A stretch of 64,000 bases of DNA from Gemmatimonadota bacterium (GCA_039586095.1 JBDHLB010000003.1:66945-130944), one strand, 5' to 3'; positions 47,679 through 57,086 are shown, counted from the first letter of the stretch. A program made the numbers and translations. Notes: generated by a model not told the origin, from the sequence alone.

Positions 47679-48512
47679 ATGCAGTTCGATGCCGAATCCC
47701 TTGCGGCGCTTGCGAGTACGTTGGTCACCACATGGGGCCTGCGGGTGGTGGGCGCGATCGCGGTGCTCATCATCGGCCGCATGGCGGCCCGCTGGTTGCG
47801 CGGCCTGACGAAGCGCGCCCTCGAGCGCGGCAAGACCGAGCCCACGTTGATTCCCTTCCTGTCCGGATTCGTCTACTCGTTGGCCATCGCCTTCGTGGTG
47901 ATCGCCGTGCTCGGCTTGTTCGGAATCCCCACGGCCTCCTTCGTGGCCGTTCTCGGTGCCGCGGGTCTGGCCATCGGTCTCGCCATGCAGGGGACCTTCT
48001 CCAACTTCGCGGCGGGAGTCATGCTGCTCGTCTTCCGACCGTTCAAGATGGGGGATGTGGTGGAGGTCGCCGGATCGCTCGGCAAGGTGCAGGAGATCGG
48101 GATCTTCACCACGACCATGAACACGCCCGACAACATTCAGGTCATCGTGCCGAACGCGCAGATCTTCGGACAGGTGATCAAGAACGTGACGGGCAACGAC
48201 ACCCGTCGCGTCGACCTGATCATGGGCGTCTCGTACGAGGACGATCTGTCGGTCGCCAAGCAGACGATCGAGCGCGTGGTCGCGGCGCATCCAATGGTGC
48301 TGGAGGACCCGGCTCCTGTGGTGGCCGTCGCTGAGCTGGCCGACTCGTCGGTCAACTTCGTCGTGCGACCCTGGTGCAAGACCGACGATTACTTCACCGT
48401 TCGCTGGGAGGTGACGCGGCAGCTCAAGGAAGAGCTGGAAGCCGCCGGCTGCTCGATTCCGTTCCCGCAACGGGACGTGCACCTCTTCCCGGCCGAGCAG
48501 AGCGCGGCATGA
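47679..48512 (+). CDS. small-conductance mechanosensitive channel (MscS family)
   Basis: Three TM helices. AGLAIGLAMQGTFSNFAAGVMLLVFRPFKMGDVVEVAG...G.V.EIGIFTT. Confidence 0.9.
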   Translation: MQFDAESLAALASTLVTTWGLRVVGAIAVLIIGRMAARWLRGLTKRALERGKTEPTLIPFLSGFVYSLAIAFVVIAVLGLFGIPTASFVAVLGAAGLAIGLAMQGTFSNFAAGVMLLVFRPFKMGDVVEVAGSLGKVQEIGIFTTTMNTPDNIQVIVPNAQIFGQVIKNVTGNDTRRVDLIMGVSYEDDLSVAKQTIERVVAAHPMVLEDPAPVVAVAELADSSVNFVVRPWCKTDDYFTVRWEVTRQLKEELEAAGCSIPFPQRDVHLFPAEQSAA

Positions 48513-48576
48513 CGCGTCGCGAATTGCGGGGTGGCTCGCATCCGCGTGTGAAGCCCGGAGCACCCACGATGAAGCC

Positions 48577-50217
48577 ATGACGCACCCGAAGCTGCTCGAA
48601 AAGCGAGCGGAGACCCCGACCCCCGCCGGCGGCCTGCTGGCAGTGAGCGCCGGCCGGCTTCCTGCAGACATCCTGCGTGAAGCGTCCCGGCGGTTGGGAT
48701 GGGCAGCTCTCCTTTACTCGGCCACCTTCTTTCTCGCCTACTTCGGCGGCCACACGCTGGGTGTGCTGACGGGAACGGCCACTCTGTCGATGCTGCTCGA
48801 CAGTCCGCTGCAGACCACCACGGCCGTGGTGGCGATCACGCTCGGCGTGCTTCTCTTCTTCGCCTCCCGGCGCTCGCAGTTGGCGCCTGGCCTACTGCTG
48901 GATGTCGGCCTCGTGTTCGAGGTTGTCGCGGCGTTCGGAATCGCGACGGCGGAGTTCTGGGGCGTATATGGCCAGTGGCCAGGTTGGGAGGTCGTTTCCC
49001 AGGGGGTCATGGGCGTCTCCTGGGTCTGCGTGTGGATCCTCTTCTTTCCCATGCTGGCCCCCAACACGCCGGGCAAGGTGCTGCTCGCCTCCCTGACCGC
49101 CGCCATGATGCCCAGCTTGGTCGTCCTGTTGTCGCAGGCGTTCGGGGCGACGAGCCCGGAGGCGCCCGTCGGCTTCCTCGCCATATACCTCGCTTTCAGC
49201 TCGACCATCTGCGCCTTGCTGGCATACGTGACCTCGCGCCTCGTGTACCGGTTCGGGATCCGGCTCCAGAAGGCCCGTGAGGTGGGGAGCTATCAGCTGG
49301 TCGAGCCGCTCGGTGTGGGCGGCATGGGTGAGGTGTGGCGAGCCTCCCACCGCATGCTCGCCCGCCCGGCGGCAGTGAAGCTGATTCGCCCCGAGGTCCT
49401 CGGGGGCGATCAGACGACGCGGCAGGTCGTGCTGACGAGATTCCAGCGAGAGGCGGAGGCGACCGCTGCGCTCCGGTCCGTCCACACGATTCAGCTCCAC
49501 GACTTCGGCGTGACAGAGGATGGGTCGTTCTACTACGTGATGGAGCTGCTCGACGGTCTGAGCTTCAAGGATCTGGTCGAGCGGTTTGGCCCCGTTCCGC
49601 CGGGTCGGGTGGTCCATTTGCTGCGGCAGGCGTGCCACTCGCTGGGCGAGGCACACCAGCGCGGGATGATTCACAGGGACGTGAAGCCAGCCAACCTGTA
49701 CACGTGCCGGCTGGGTCCGGATCACGATTTCGTAAAGGTGCTGGATTTCGGGCTGGTCAAGAGCACGGACGATGCCCTTCCGGGGGCGACGGAGCTGACC
49801 GCCGCCGGCGTCGTGACGGGAACGCCCGCCTTCATACCGCCGGAGGCGGCGACCGGGCAAGGCGGACTGGACGGCCGGGCCGATCTCTATGCTCTCGGCT
49901 GCGTGGCCTACTGGCTGCTCACGGGCAAGCATGTGTTCGAGGGAGACACGCCGATGGCCGTCGTGCTCGACCACGTGCGAACGCCGCCGGTTCCGCCATC
50001 CCGCCGGACGGAGATCGAGGTGCCGGCCGATCTCGAGGCGCTGGTTCTTTCGTGCCTGGCCAAAGAGCCGGCCGACCGACCGGAGGGCGCCACAGAACTG
50101 TCGCGGATGCTCGCCGACACGGGTCTGGACGGTGCGTGGGGAGCGAAGGAGGCAGCCGCGTGGTGGAATCTCCACCTCCCGATGGCAGGTGACTCCGCGG
50201 GACGCCCCGCCACGTAG
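48577..50217 (+). CDS. Ser/Thr protein kinase with polytopic N-terminal membrane domain
   Basis: About 6 N-terminal TM helices, then GVGGMGEVWRASH...AVKLI, HRDVKPANLY, DFGLVK, PPE. Confidence 0.9.
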   Translation: MTHPKLLEKRAETPTPAGGLLAVSAGRLPADILREASRRLGWAALLYSATFFLAYFGGHTLGVLTGTATLSMLLDSPLQTTTAVVAITLGVLLFFASRRSQLAPGLLLDVGLVFEVVAAFGIATAEFWGVYGQWPGWEVVSQGVMGVSWVCVWILFFPMLAPNTPGKVLLASLTAAMMPSLVVLLSQAFGATSPEAPVGFLAIYLAFSSTICALLAYVTSRLVYRFGIRLQKAREVGSYQLVEPLGVGGMGEVWRASHRMLARPAAVKLIRPEVLGGDQTTRQVVLTRFQREAEATAALRSVHTIQLHDFGVTEDGSFYYVMELLDGLSFKDLVERFGPVPPGRVVHLLRQACHSLGEAHQRGMIHRDVKPANLYTCRLGPDHDFVKVLDFGLVKSTDDALPGATELTAAGVVTGTPAFIPPEAATGQGGLDGRADLYALGCVAYWLLTGKHVFEGDTPMAVVLDHVRTPPVPPSRRTEIEVPADLEALVLSCLAKEPADRPEGATELSRMLADTGLDGAWGAKEAAAWWNLHLPMAGDSAGRPAT

Positions 50218-50293
50218 AAGTGTATGGTTGCCGGAGGCGCTCGGTACGTAGAGCTTGCCGGCGGAGTTGTCCACGGTTCAAGGAGCGACGGCG

Positions 50294-50905
50294 ATGAGCC
50301 CGAACGACGATCTGTCCGATCTGTCACTGGACGACATAGAAGAAGGCCTCAAGAAGCCGGGGCCCAAGCGCAGCGAGCGAAAGACGAAGCGAAAGACGAA
50401 GAGTCCAGACATGCCGGCCCCTGCAATCGACGTGTCCGGTAACGGACCGAAGAAGTCGAGACGCTTTACGTTCCTCCTGGTCGGTCTCCTGCTCGGTGTA
50501 TTGGGCACGTTGTTCCTGCCTCCGCTGGTCCGGCCCTACCTGCCGGACGCGCTGCTCCCCCGCGGCGAAGAGGTGACGGGTCCGGTTCTGGGCAAGCAGC
50601 GAGAGGCGCCGGACCGGTTGCTCATCACCCTCGAGGCAGAACAGGGCGCGATCCTCGCCACGTTCACGGAGCAGGTGGCCGAGATCGATCTTCTCGTGGG
50701 TGTAGGCGACACGGTGACGCTCGGCGTTCCCGAGTATCAGCCGTTCGTCGAGAACCCGCGTTTCGAGGGCATCCGCAAAGCGTCTGCACCGGCGGCGGGC
50801 TCGCCGGGGCCCGACGCATCCCAGCCCCAGTCCCTGGAGCAACAGACTCCACCCGACACCTCATCACCCGACACCTCATCGGTCAGCCAGGATACGACCG
50901 GATGA
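50294..50905 (+). CDS. hypothetical single-pass membrane protein
   Basis: AAGGAG 9 nt upstream of the ATG. Basic N-terminus, TM helix FTFLLVGLLLGVLGTLFL, PDTSS-PDTSS tail. ATGA overlap with the next gene. Confidence 0.5.
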   Translation: MSPNDDLSDLSLDDIEEGLKKPGPKRSERKTKRKTKSPDMPAPAIDVSGNGPKKSRRFTFLLVGLLLGVLGTLFLPPLVRPYLPDALLPRGEEVTGPVLGKQREAPDRLLITLEAEQGAILATFTEQVAEIDLLVGVGDTVTLGVPEYQPFVENPRFEGIRKASAPAAGSPGPDASQPQSLEQQTPPDTSSPDTSSVSQDTTG

Positions 50906-52290
50906 AGGACGCCAGGGTCGGACTCGTGTATCGTTTGCGCGTGTTGGCGAGTGTGCTCCTTCTGGCCGTCCTTGCCGTCCTCGCGGTTCCGGGTTCGCGA
51001 CAGGCTGGTCTGACGGCCCAGGCTGGCGACCAGCAGCCGCCCGCGACCCCGGAGACCGGCAGCGTCATCTTCTTCCATCCGGACGGGATGGGGGTGAACA
51101 CCTGGACCGCGCTCCGTCTGCTCGAGGCGGGGCCCGATGGCCGCCTTAGCTGGGATCGTCTTCCGGCCATGGCCGTCTACACCGGACACCTCACCGACGC
51201 GGTGACGGCCACGTCGAACGCGGGTGCCACGATCCATGCGTACGGAGTGAAGGTGCCTGCCAACAGCTTCGGGTTGAACGACTCGGAGCCTATCGTGGCT
51301 CGCTCCGGTCGGCCCGAGAGCATCCTTCTCGAGGCACAGGAGGTCGGCTACGCAACCGGCCTGGTGAACAGCGGCACGATCACCGAGCCGGGCACCGGAG
51401 CGTTCTGTGCGCGCGTTGTGGAGCGGACCAATCATGCCGAGATCGCCCTGCAGATTCTGGACGCCGGTCCGGAGGTGATTCTGGGTGGAGGCGAGCGCTA
51501 CTTCCTCCCGACGGGCGCCGAGGGCGTTCACGGGGTCGGAGCCCGGGCCGACGGCCGCGACCTGGTCGCCGAGGCACGCGCCCGCGGATACGCGGTGGTT
51601 TACACACGGCAGCAGTTGGAGGCGCTCCCCGACACGGTCTCTCGCGTGCTGGGCCTCTTCGCCTCCAACCACACGTTCAACGCGCGTTCGGAGGCGGCCC
51701 TCGAGGAGGCCGGTCTGCCCCCGTACGCCGAGATCGCTCCCAGCATCGGCGAGATGACCCAAGCCGCGCTGGCGGTCCTGTCCCGATCGGACCGCAACTT
51801 CCTGCTCGTCATCGAGGAGGAAGGGACCGACAACTTCAGCAACGCGAACAACGCCTACGGTACGATGGAGGCGGGGCGGCGGGCCGACGAGGCCATCGCG
51901 GTGGTCCTCGAGCACCTCGCCGGCGATCCGACGGCCCTGCTGGTGGTGACATCCGACAGCGATGCAGGAGGTCTTCAGGCGATCGGCTCGACGGAGGGGT
52001 GGCTCAAGCCGGATGCTCCGTTGCCCGAGCGGGACTTGAACGGGGCGCCCATGGACGGCGCACTCGGGACGGCTTCGCCACCCTTCCTGTCCGCACCGGA
52101 TCGTGCGGGCAACCGCTGGCCGTTCGCGATCGCCTGGGCGACGCTGCGGGATGCGAGTGGGGGTGTCCTGGTCCGTGCCGCCGGAATGAACGCGGACCTC
52201 GTGTCCGGCACGCTGGATTCGACGGACATCTACGCCGTGATGTATCAAACGCTGTTCGGACGTCCGCCGGACACTACGGACGAACCATGA
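50902..52290 (+). CDS. alkaline phosphatase-fold protein (divergent PhoA-like)
   Basis: Signal peptide. FHPDGMGVNTW and TSNAGATIHAYGVKV align to PhoA GDGMG and DSAASATAWSTGVKT (from memory). Several downstream metal-ligand positions look substituted. Confidence 0.65.
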   Translation: MKDARVGLVYRLRVLASVLLLAVLAVLAVPGSRQAGLTAQAGDQQPPATPETGSVIFFHPDGMGVNTWTALRLLEAGPDGRLSWDRLPAMAVYTGHLTDAVTATSNAGATIHAYGVKVPANSFGLNDSEPIVARSGRPESILLEAQEVGYATGLVNSGTITEPGTGAFCARVVERTNHAEIALQILDAGPEVILGGGERYFLPTGAEGVHGVGARADGRDLVAEARARGYAVVYTRQQLEALPDTVSRVLGLFASNHTFNARSEAALEEAGLPPYAEIAPSIGEMTQAALAVLSRSDRNFLLVIEEEGTDNFSNANNAYGTMEAGRRADEAIAVVLEHLAGDPTALLVVTSDSDAGGLQAIGSTEGWLKPDAPLPERDLNGAPMDGALGTASPPFLSAPDRAGNRWPFAIAWATLRDASGGVLVRAAGMNADLVSGTLDSTDIYAVMYQTLFGRPPDTTDEP

Positions 52291-52532
52291 AGATGCCCCC
52301 TGAGGGACAACCAGGCGGGAGACCGAGAATGCACACGGTGACGTTGAAGATAGAAGGTATGAAGTGCGATGGTTGCGCGACCGCCGTCCGTTCGGCTCTG
52401 GAAGGCGTCGAAGGGGTCAGCGCTGTCGACGTGTCGCTGCCCGATGGCTCCGCGAGCGTGCAGCTGGAGCCTTCCGTCGACCGGAGCGTGTTGGTCGACG
52501 TGATCGCCGAGGCCGGCTACCAGGCGGTCTGA
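52287..52532 (+). CDS. heavy-metal-associated (HMA, CopZ-like) domain protein
   Basis: VTLKIEGMKCDGCATAVRSALEGVEGV. ATGA overlap with the upstream gene. An alternative start is ATG 52329. Confidence 0.8.
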   Translation: MKMPPEGQPGGRPRMHTVTLKIEGMKCDGCATAVRSALEGVEGVSAVDVSLPDGSASVQLEPSVDRSVLVDVIAEAGYQAV

Positions 52533-52623
52533 GCCCGGCAGTTAGCCCTGCAGATGGTCCAGAGCCCGGCAGACGGTCCGGGGACCGGCCGCCAGGCCAA
52601 ACCACTTCAGCGGGGCAGCCGCC

Positions 52624-53148
52624 CTAGCGAGTCTCGTAGATCTGAGTGTTCCCCTCGTCGTCGAACAGCAGGACGCTGTAGGGTTCCTGCTTGCCCCCGA
52701 CTTCCATACCCGGGGATCCGACCGGCATACCGGGCACCGCCAGACCGGCCGCGGCAGGCCGCTCTTCCAGCAACCGGGCGATCACGTCCGCCGGGACGTG
52801 ACCTTCGACGATGTAGCCATCGATCACGGCCGTGTGGCAGGAGGACAGCCGAGCCGGTACGCCAAGCTCGGCCTTCTTCTCAGTCAGCTGCGCATCCGAG
52901 ACATTCTCGCTCTTGACTTCGAACCCGCTCTCCTCGAGGTGCCTGACCCAGGCACCGCAACACCCTCAGGTGGGGCTCTTGTAGACGACGATTTCCGCGT
53001 CGCTCAGATCGGACGCCGTGGCCATCTCGACGGCCTGAGAGGAGCTTCCGTCGGCCGAGGCCTCTCCACCGCATCCGGCCACGATCACGGCCAACACTGC
53101 CGCGACCCAGTGGCTGGCGGGCAGCCCTTTCGTACCGCGAACTCTCAT
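52624..53148 (-). CDS. DUF411/CopG-family copper-binding protein with one in-frame TGA (52966-52968) at the first Cys position of the CxCC motif
   Basis: GAGGAG upstream of ATG 53148. Lipobox VAGCGG. VVYKSPT-TGA-GCCGAWVRHLEESGF...SSCHTAVIDGYIVEGHVP...GLAVPGMPVGSPGME... The frame is otherwise uninterrupted to TAG 52624-52626. Confidence 0.7.
52938..52956 (-). other. SECIS-like hairpin 10 nt downstream of the in-frame TGA
   Basis: mRNA reads UGA GGGUGUUGC GGUGCCU-GGGUC-AGGCACC. Perfect 7-bp stem, 5-nt loop containing GGUC. Extendable by G-C, U-G and U-A pairs after one C/U mismatch. Confidence 0.45.
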
Positions 53149-53331
53149 GGTGCGCTCCTCTCGGTCTCGGTTGCCGGCAGTGTCCGTAGACGCCCAAGAT
53201 GACGGCCGTCGTCCGCAGCGCAACTACCCGGGTGTGTCGGGGGAGTGCCTCGGCCGGAAGGGCGAGAGCAGCGGGCCGGCGCGTCAGTGGTCACGGCGGC
53301 ACAAGCGGAGTTCGAAGAGGTACACGTAGCC

Positions 53332-54486
53332 ATGGATTTTCTCGGGATCAAGATTTCGGCAGCGGATGTCCAGCTGTGGCTGGAGCAGGCGTGGGCGTTC
53401 GCGGGTCCGCGTCTGCTGACAACCGTCGGTATCGCGGGCGGCGCCTTCGTGGCGTACTGGATCGGCAAGCGGGTACTCGATCGCGTCTGTCGGCTCGTGA
53501 CCCGCACCGCGTCGAGAATAGACGACATGGTCGCCCGGCTCGTACAGCGGACGTTCGTGATGTCCGTCATCTTCTGGACCATCTGGAGGCTCACGTATAT
53601 CTGGACGATGACCGTAGCCGCGGACTTCGTCGCCGCCGCGTGGATCGTCGCCTTGAGCCTGCCCGCCGGCCAGTTCGTGGTCGATCTCATGACCCTCGTC
53701 GAGCGTCGGTTGGTCACCCGGACCGCGACCGCGCTCGACGATACGGCGCTCCCGATGATCAACAAGGTGATCCGATTCCTCGTCATCGGCCTGGGCGTGC
53801 TCCTGGCTCTGCAATACCTGAACGTGAATGTCGCGCCGCTGATGGCCGGCGCCGGCGTCGCCGGGCTGGCCGTATCGCTGGCTGCCCGGGACACGCTCTC
53901 CAACCTGATCGCAGGCGTGCTGCTGATCATCGACCGACCGTTCCACGTCGGCGACCGGATCGAGCTGTGGAGCGCGCCTCTGGAGACGGGGACGTGGGGA
54001 GACGTGGTGGAGATCGGATTGCGGGCGACGACCATCCGCAATCCGGATAACCTCATCATGGTAATCCCGAACAACGAGATCATGCGGCGCGACATCGTGA
54101 ACTACACGGCATCGGGCTCACACATCCGGTTGCGGATTCCGATCGGGATCGCGTTCGACGCGGACGAGAACCTGGCTAAGGAGCTCATCCTGCAGGCAGC
54201 TCGCGAAACCGAGGGCGTCAAGGAGACACCCGACCCATTGGTCATCGTTCGCAGTTTCGGGCAATCGGAGGTGCAGCTGCAGCTCCGGGTGTGGATCAAG
54301 CAGGCCAGAGAGCGGCGAGCGATCTCGGATGCGATCACCGGCCGCGTGCGTCAGCTGTTCCAGGAGCACGGAGTCGAGATTCCGTACCCGAAGCGCGATA
54401 TCTACGTCCGATCGGTTCCCCCATCGGGGACGGCGGCCGCGCCCGAGTCACGCCCCGACGCGCCGGGCGGAGAGCCCTGGGAGTGA
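53332..54486 (+). CDS. mechanosensitive ion channel family protein (MscS-like)
   Basis: AGVAGLAVSLAARDTLSNLIAGVLLIIDRPFHVGDRIEL...GDVVEIGLRATTIRNPDN. Confidence 0.85.
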   Translation: MDFLGIKISAADVQLWLEQAWAFAGPRLLTTVGIAGGAFVAYWIGKRVLDRVCRLVTRTASRIDDMVARLVQRTFVMSVIFWTIWRLTYIWTMTVAADFVAAAWIVALSLPAGQFVVDLMTLVERRLVTRTATALDDTALPMINKVIRFLVIGLGVLLALQYLNVNVAPLMAGAGVAGLAVSLAARDTLSNLIAGVLLIIDRPFHVGDRIELWSAPLETGTWGDVVEIGLRATTIRNPDNLIMVIPNNEIMRRDIVNYTASGSHIRLRIPIGIAFDADENLAKELILQAARETEGVKETPDPLVIVRSFGQSEVQLQLRVWIKQARERRAISDAITGRVRQLFQEHGVEIPYPKRDIYVRSVPPSGTAAAPESRPDAPGGEPWE

Positions 54487-55916
54487 ACGCTTTGCCCACG
54501 CCGCTCCTCCGCCTGTGCCGGGTCCTGGGCCCACTGGCGCTTCTCGGATGCGTCGGCCTCTCGCCGCTCGACGCTCAGCAAACGCAGGAGCGCGAACGAC
54601 TGCCCTTCGTGCGCGACGCTTTTCTTCTGCGCGGAGCCACGCTGATCGACGGACGCGGGGGACCGCCCCGGGAGAACACGGCCCTTCTCATCTACAACGG
54701 CCGCATTCAGGCCGTGGGCCAGCAGGAGCGGATGCTGCTTCCCGAGGGCACGCAGGTGGTCGAGCTTGAAGGGAAGTACGTCCTGCCCGGCTTCGTGGAC
54801 ACGCGTGCCGTGCCGCGGGACGCGGCGTCCATGCAGGCACTCCTGTTCAACGGGATCACGGCCGTGCTGAGCCTGGGTCCCGCCGCGAGTGACGGAACGG
54901 TGGAGACCGTGGAACGTGGCGGTGGCCCGGGACCCCGTATCTTCCTGGCCGGCCCTCCTCTGGATGAAGTACCGGGGCTCGTGCCGGGCGCGACACTCAT
55001 CCGCGATGAGGAGGAAGCGCGAGCCGCCGTCCGTTTGCAGAAGGACGCGGGCACCGACTTAGTGCAGCTCTACCGGGGGCTTTCCCCTCCGCTGGTCCGG
55101 GCGGCTGTCGACGAGGCGCACGCGCGCGACATGTCGGTGATCGGCGACCTGGAGACGACCAGCTGGATCGAGGCGGCGAGGTTCGGCATCGACGTGCTTC
55201 GTCCGATCGTGTCGCGCAACCCCGACCTGCTGCCCGCCGATACGAGAGGCGAGTATCGATTGGATTGGGAAGCCGGCGAAGCCCAGCGGGTCCTCGGATG
55301 GCTCGAGCGCGTCGAGCCCGAGGGAGAGGCATTCGACGACGCACTGGGCGCGTTGCTCGGAACGGACGTGACGGTCGAGCCGTCGCTCGTCTCGATCGAA
55401 TCGACTCTGTTCTGTGGCCATCCGGACTACCCGGCTCCCGCCGATGGCCAGCTGTGGTGGTTGGACGACGCCGCCGGGAGCGTCGCCGCCGAGTGCATCA
55501 ACGAGGAGGGCTTTCTTGCGCGAGCCAGCGAGGCGTGGCCGGCAGCGTTGCGGCTCACGTCCGTGCTGCACGAACAGGGTGTGCGGCTGCTGGCCGGATC
55601 AGACAGTCCACTGACGCACCTTCCGCCGGGCACCGCCTACCAGCGCGAGCTCGAGCTGCTCGCCCGGGCGGGCATCCCGCCGCTCGAAGTCCTGAGCATC
55701 GCCACACGGAACGGCGCCATCGCCCTCGGCCGGCTACACGAGATGGGAACGATAGAGGTCGGAAAGAGGGCCGACCTCGTGCTGCTCGGGGGCAATCCCC
55801 TGGAGGACATTGGGGCGACCCGGGACGTCCTGTGGGTCATGTTGGAGGGCGACGTGTTCGTGGTCGATCGGGGAGAAGGCGATCGGGAGCAGGAGGAGGG
55901 CGAAGAGGCGCACTAG
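54483..55916 (+). CDS. secreted amidohydrolase-family protein
   Basis: GTGA overlap start, signal peptide. LIYNGRIQAVG...VLPGFVDT and C-terminal GSDSP...GTIEVGKRADLVLL amidohydrolase pattern. The usual HxH after PG..D is replaced by TRA. Confidence 0.7.
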   Translation: MNALPTPLLRLCRVLGPLALLGCVGLSPLDAQQTQERERLPFVRDAFLLRGATLIDGRGGPPRENTALLIYNGRIQAVGQQERMLLPEGTQVVELEGKYVLPGFVDTRAVPRDAASMQALLFNGITAVLSLGPAASDGTVETVERGGGPGPRIFLAGPPLDEVPGLVPGATLIRDEEEARAAVRLQKDAGTDLVQLYRGLSPPLVRAAVDEAHARDMSVIGDLETTSWIEAARFGIDVLRPIVSRNPDLLPADTRGEYRLDWEAGEAQRVLGWLERVEPEGEAFDDALGALLGTDVTVEPSLVSIESTLFCGHPDYPAPADGQLWWLDDAAGSVAAECINEEGFLARASEAWPAALRLTSVLHEQGVRLLAGSDSPLTHLPPGTAYQRELELLARAGIPPLEVLSIATRNGAIALGRLHEMGTIEVGKRADLVLLGGNPLEDIGATRDVLWVMLEGDVFVVDRGEGDREQEEGEEAH

Positions 55917-55919
55917 GCC

Positions 55920-56630
55920 TCAGGCGGCCTGTCCCTTCTCCTCGTCGGTCGGACAGTACAGGTCCCGTCGGCGCTCCAGATCGTGCGCCACCGCCGCCTT
56001 GAAGCCTCGCTCGCCCGCCTCCGCCAGCAGCTTCTCCCGGTAGGCGGCGATGTCTATGAGTTCCAGTCGCAGCCGTGCCGTCCGAAAGAGGCGTGGGAAC
56101 CGCTCCCCCGGGGCATGGATGTGGTGCAGGCCCCCGCTGTAGACCATGAGCATGTCACCGCTCGGGATACCGAGCAGGATGTCGGCGATGCCCCCGCGCA
56201 CCGTCATCGGGTGGCCGTGAAGATCCAGTCCGGTGGGCCGCTTCATACGCCCTTCGGGCATGATGACGATCAGCGCATCCGGGTCGTCGATTCGCTTCAG
56301 AACCTCCGTCCACGTGTGGTCCCGGGCGCGGGTGATCGATACCACGTTGTGCCCGACCAGGCGAAAGAAGCGGCCGACGAACGGTCGGGCCAGCGTCTTC
56401 TGGGCCACAGGGACCACACCACTCCGAGACATCTTTCGGAGCAGCTGGTTGGGCGCGGCACCGACGAAGATCGGTTCGAAGAGACTCGTGTGGTTGAGCA
56501 GAGCCATGACACGGAGGTTCTCCCACGGGACCTCCGGCTCCGCTTCGATCCATTGCCGATCGAAGCGCCAGAAGACCTTGCTCGCGCACTTGATGAGCAA
56601 GAGAAGCAGATATACAAGGTAGCTGCGCAT
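55920..56630 (-). CDS. lysophospholipid (PlsC-like) acyltransferase
   Basis: ALLNHTSLFEP (an HX4D-type variant with E) and VIMPEGRM motifs. N-terminal hydrophobic helix. Confidence 0.7.
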   Translation of the reverse strand: MRSYLVYLLLLLIKCASKVFWRFDRQWIEAEPEVPWENLRVMALLNHTSLFEPIFVGAAPNQLLRKMSRSGVVPVAQKTLARPFVGRFFRLVGHNVVSITRARDHTWTEVLKRIDDPDALIVIMPEGRMKRPTGLDLHGHPMTVRGGIADILLGIPSGDMLMVYSGGLHHIHAPGERFPRLFRTARLRLELIDIAAYREKLLAEAGERGFKAAVAHDLERRRDLYCPTDEEKGQAA

Positions 56631-56747
56631 GGCGACCAGAAGAGTGAACCGTCCGGCGACCCCGGGTCAAGCCGCCCCCGCCGTGGATGGCTCGCCGGGG
56701 CACACCGATGAGGCACCGGTAGCGCACCGGCTGCATGTCCCTCTATC

Positions 56748-57086
56748 TTGGCGGCCATGATTCCTCAGACGTTGTTCGCCATTCTGCAGGTGCCCGTGGC
56801 GCCGATCGACGTCACCTCGGTCGTCGCGGTGATCATGGGTATACTGGTGATCCTCATCCCGATCTCGGGACTCACGGCCCGCTTCGCCCTCAAGCCCATC
56901 GCCGAGGCGGTAGCGCGGATGCGCGAGGCGCAGGGGGCATCGCAGGCGCTCGGTCTCGTGGAGCAGCGGCTTGCGCTTCTCGAGCAGCAGATGTCGAACC
57001 TGGAGTCCGACATGAAACGCATCGAGGACGTGACCGAGTTCGACAGACAACTCCGCTCGGGATCCCAGGAGACCGAAGAGGCGTAG
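56748..57086 (+). CDS. small membrane protein with coiled-coil tail
   Basis: TM helix VVAVIMGILVILIPISG followed by LVEQRLALLEQQMSNLESDMKRIE. No family recognised. Confidence 0.45.
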   Translation: MAAMIPQTLFAILQVPVAPIDVTSVVAVIMGILVILIPISGLTARFALKPIAEAVARMREAQGASQALGLVEQRLALLEQQMSNLESDMKRIEDVTEFDRQLRSGSQETEEA

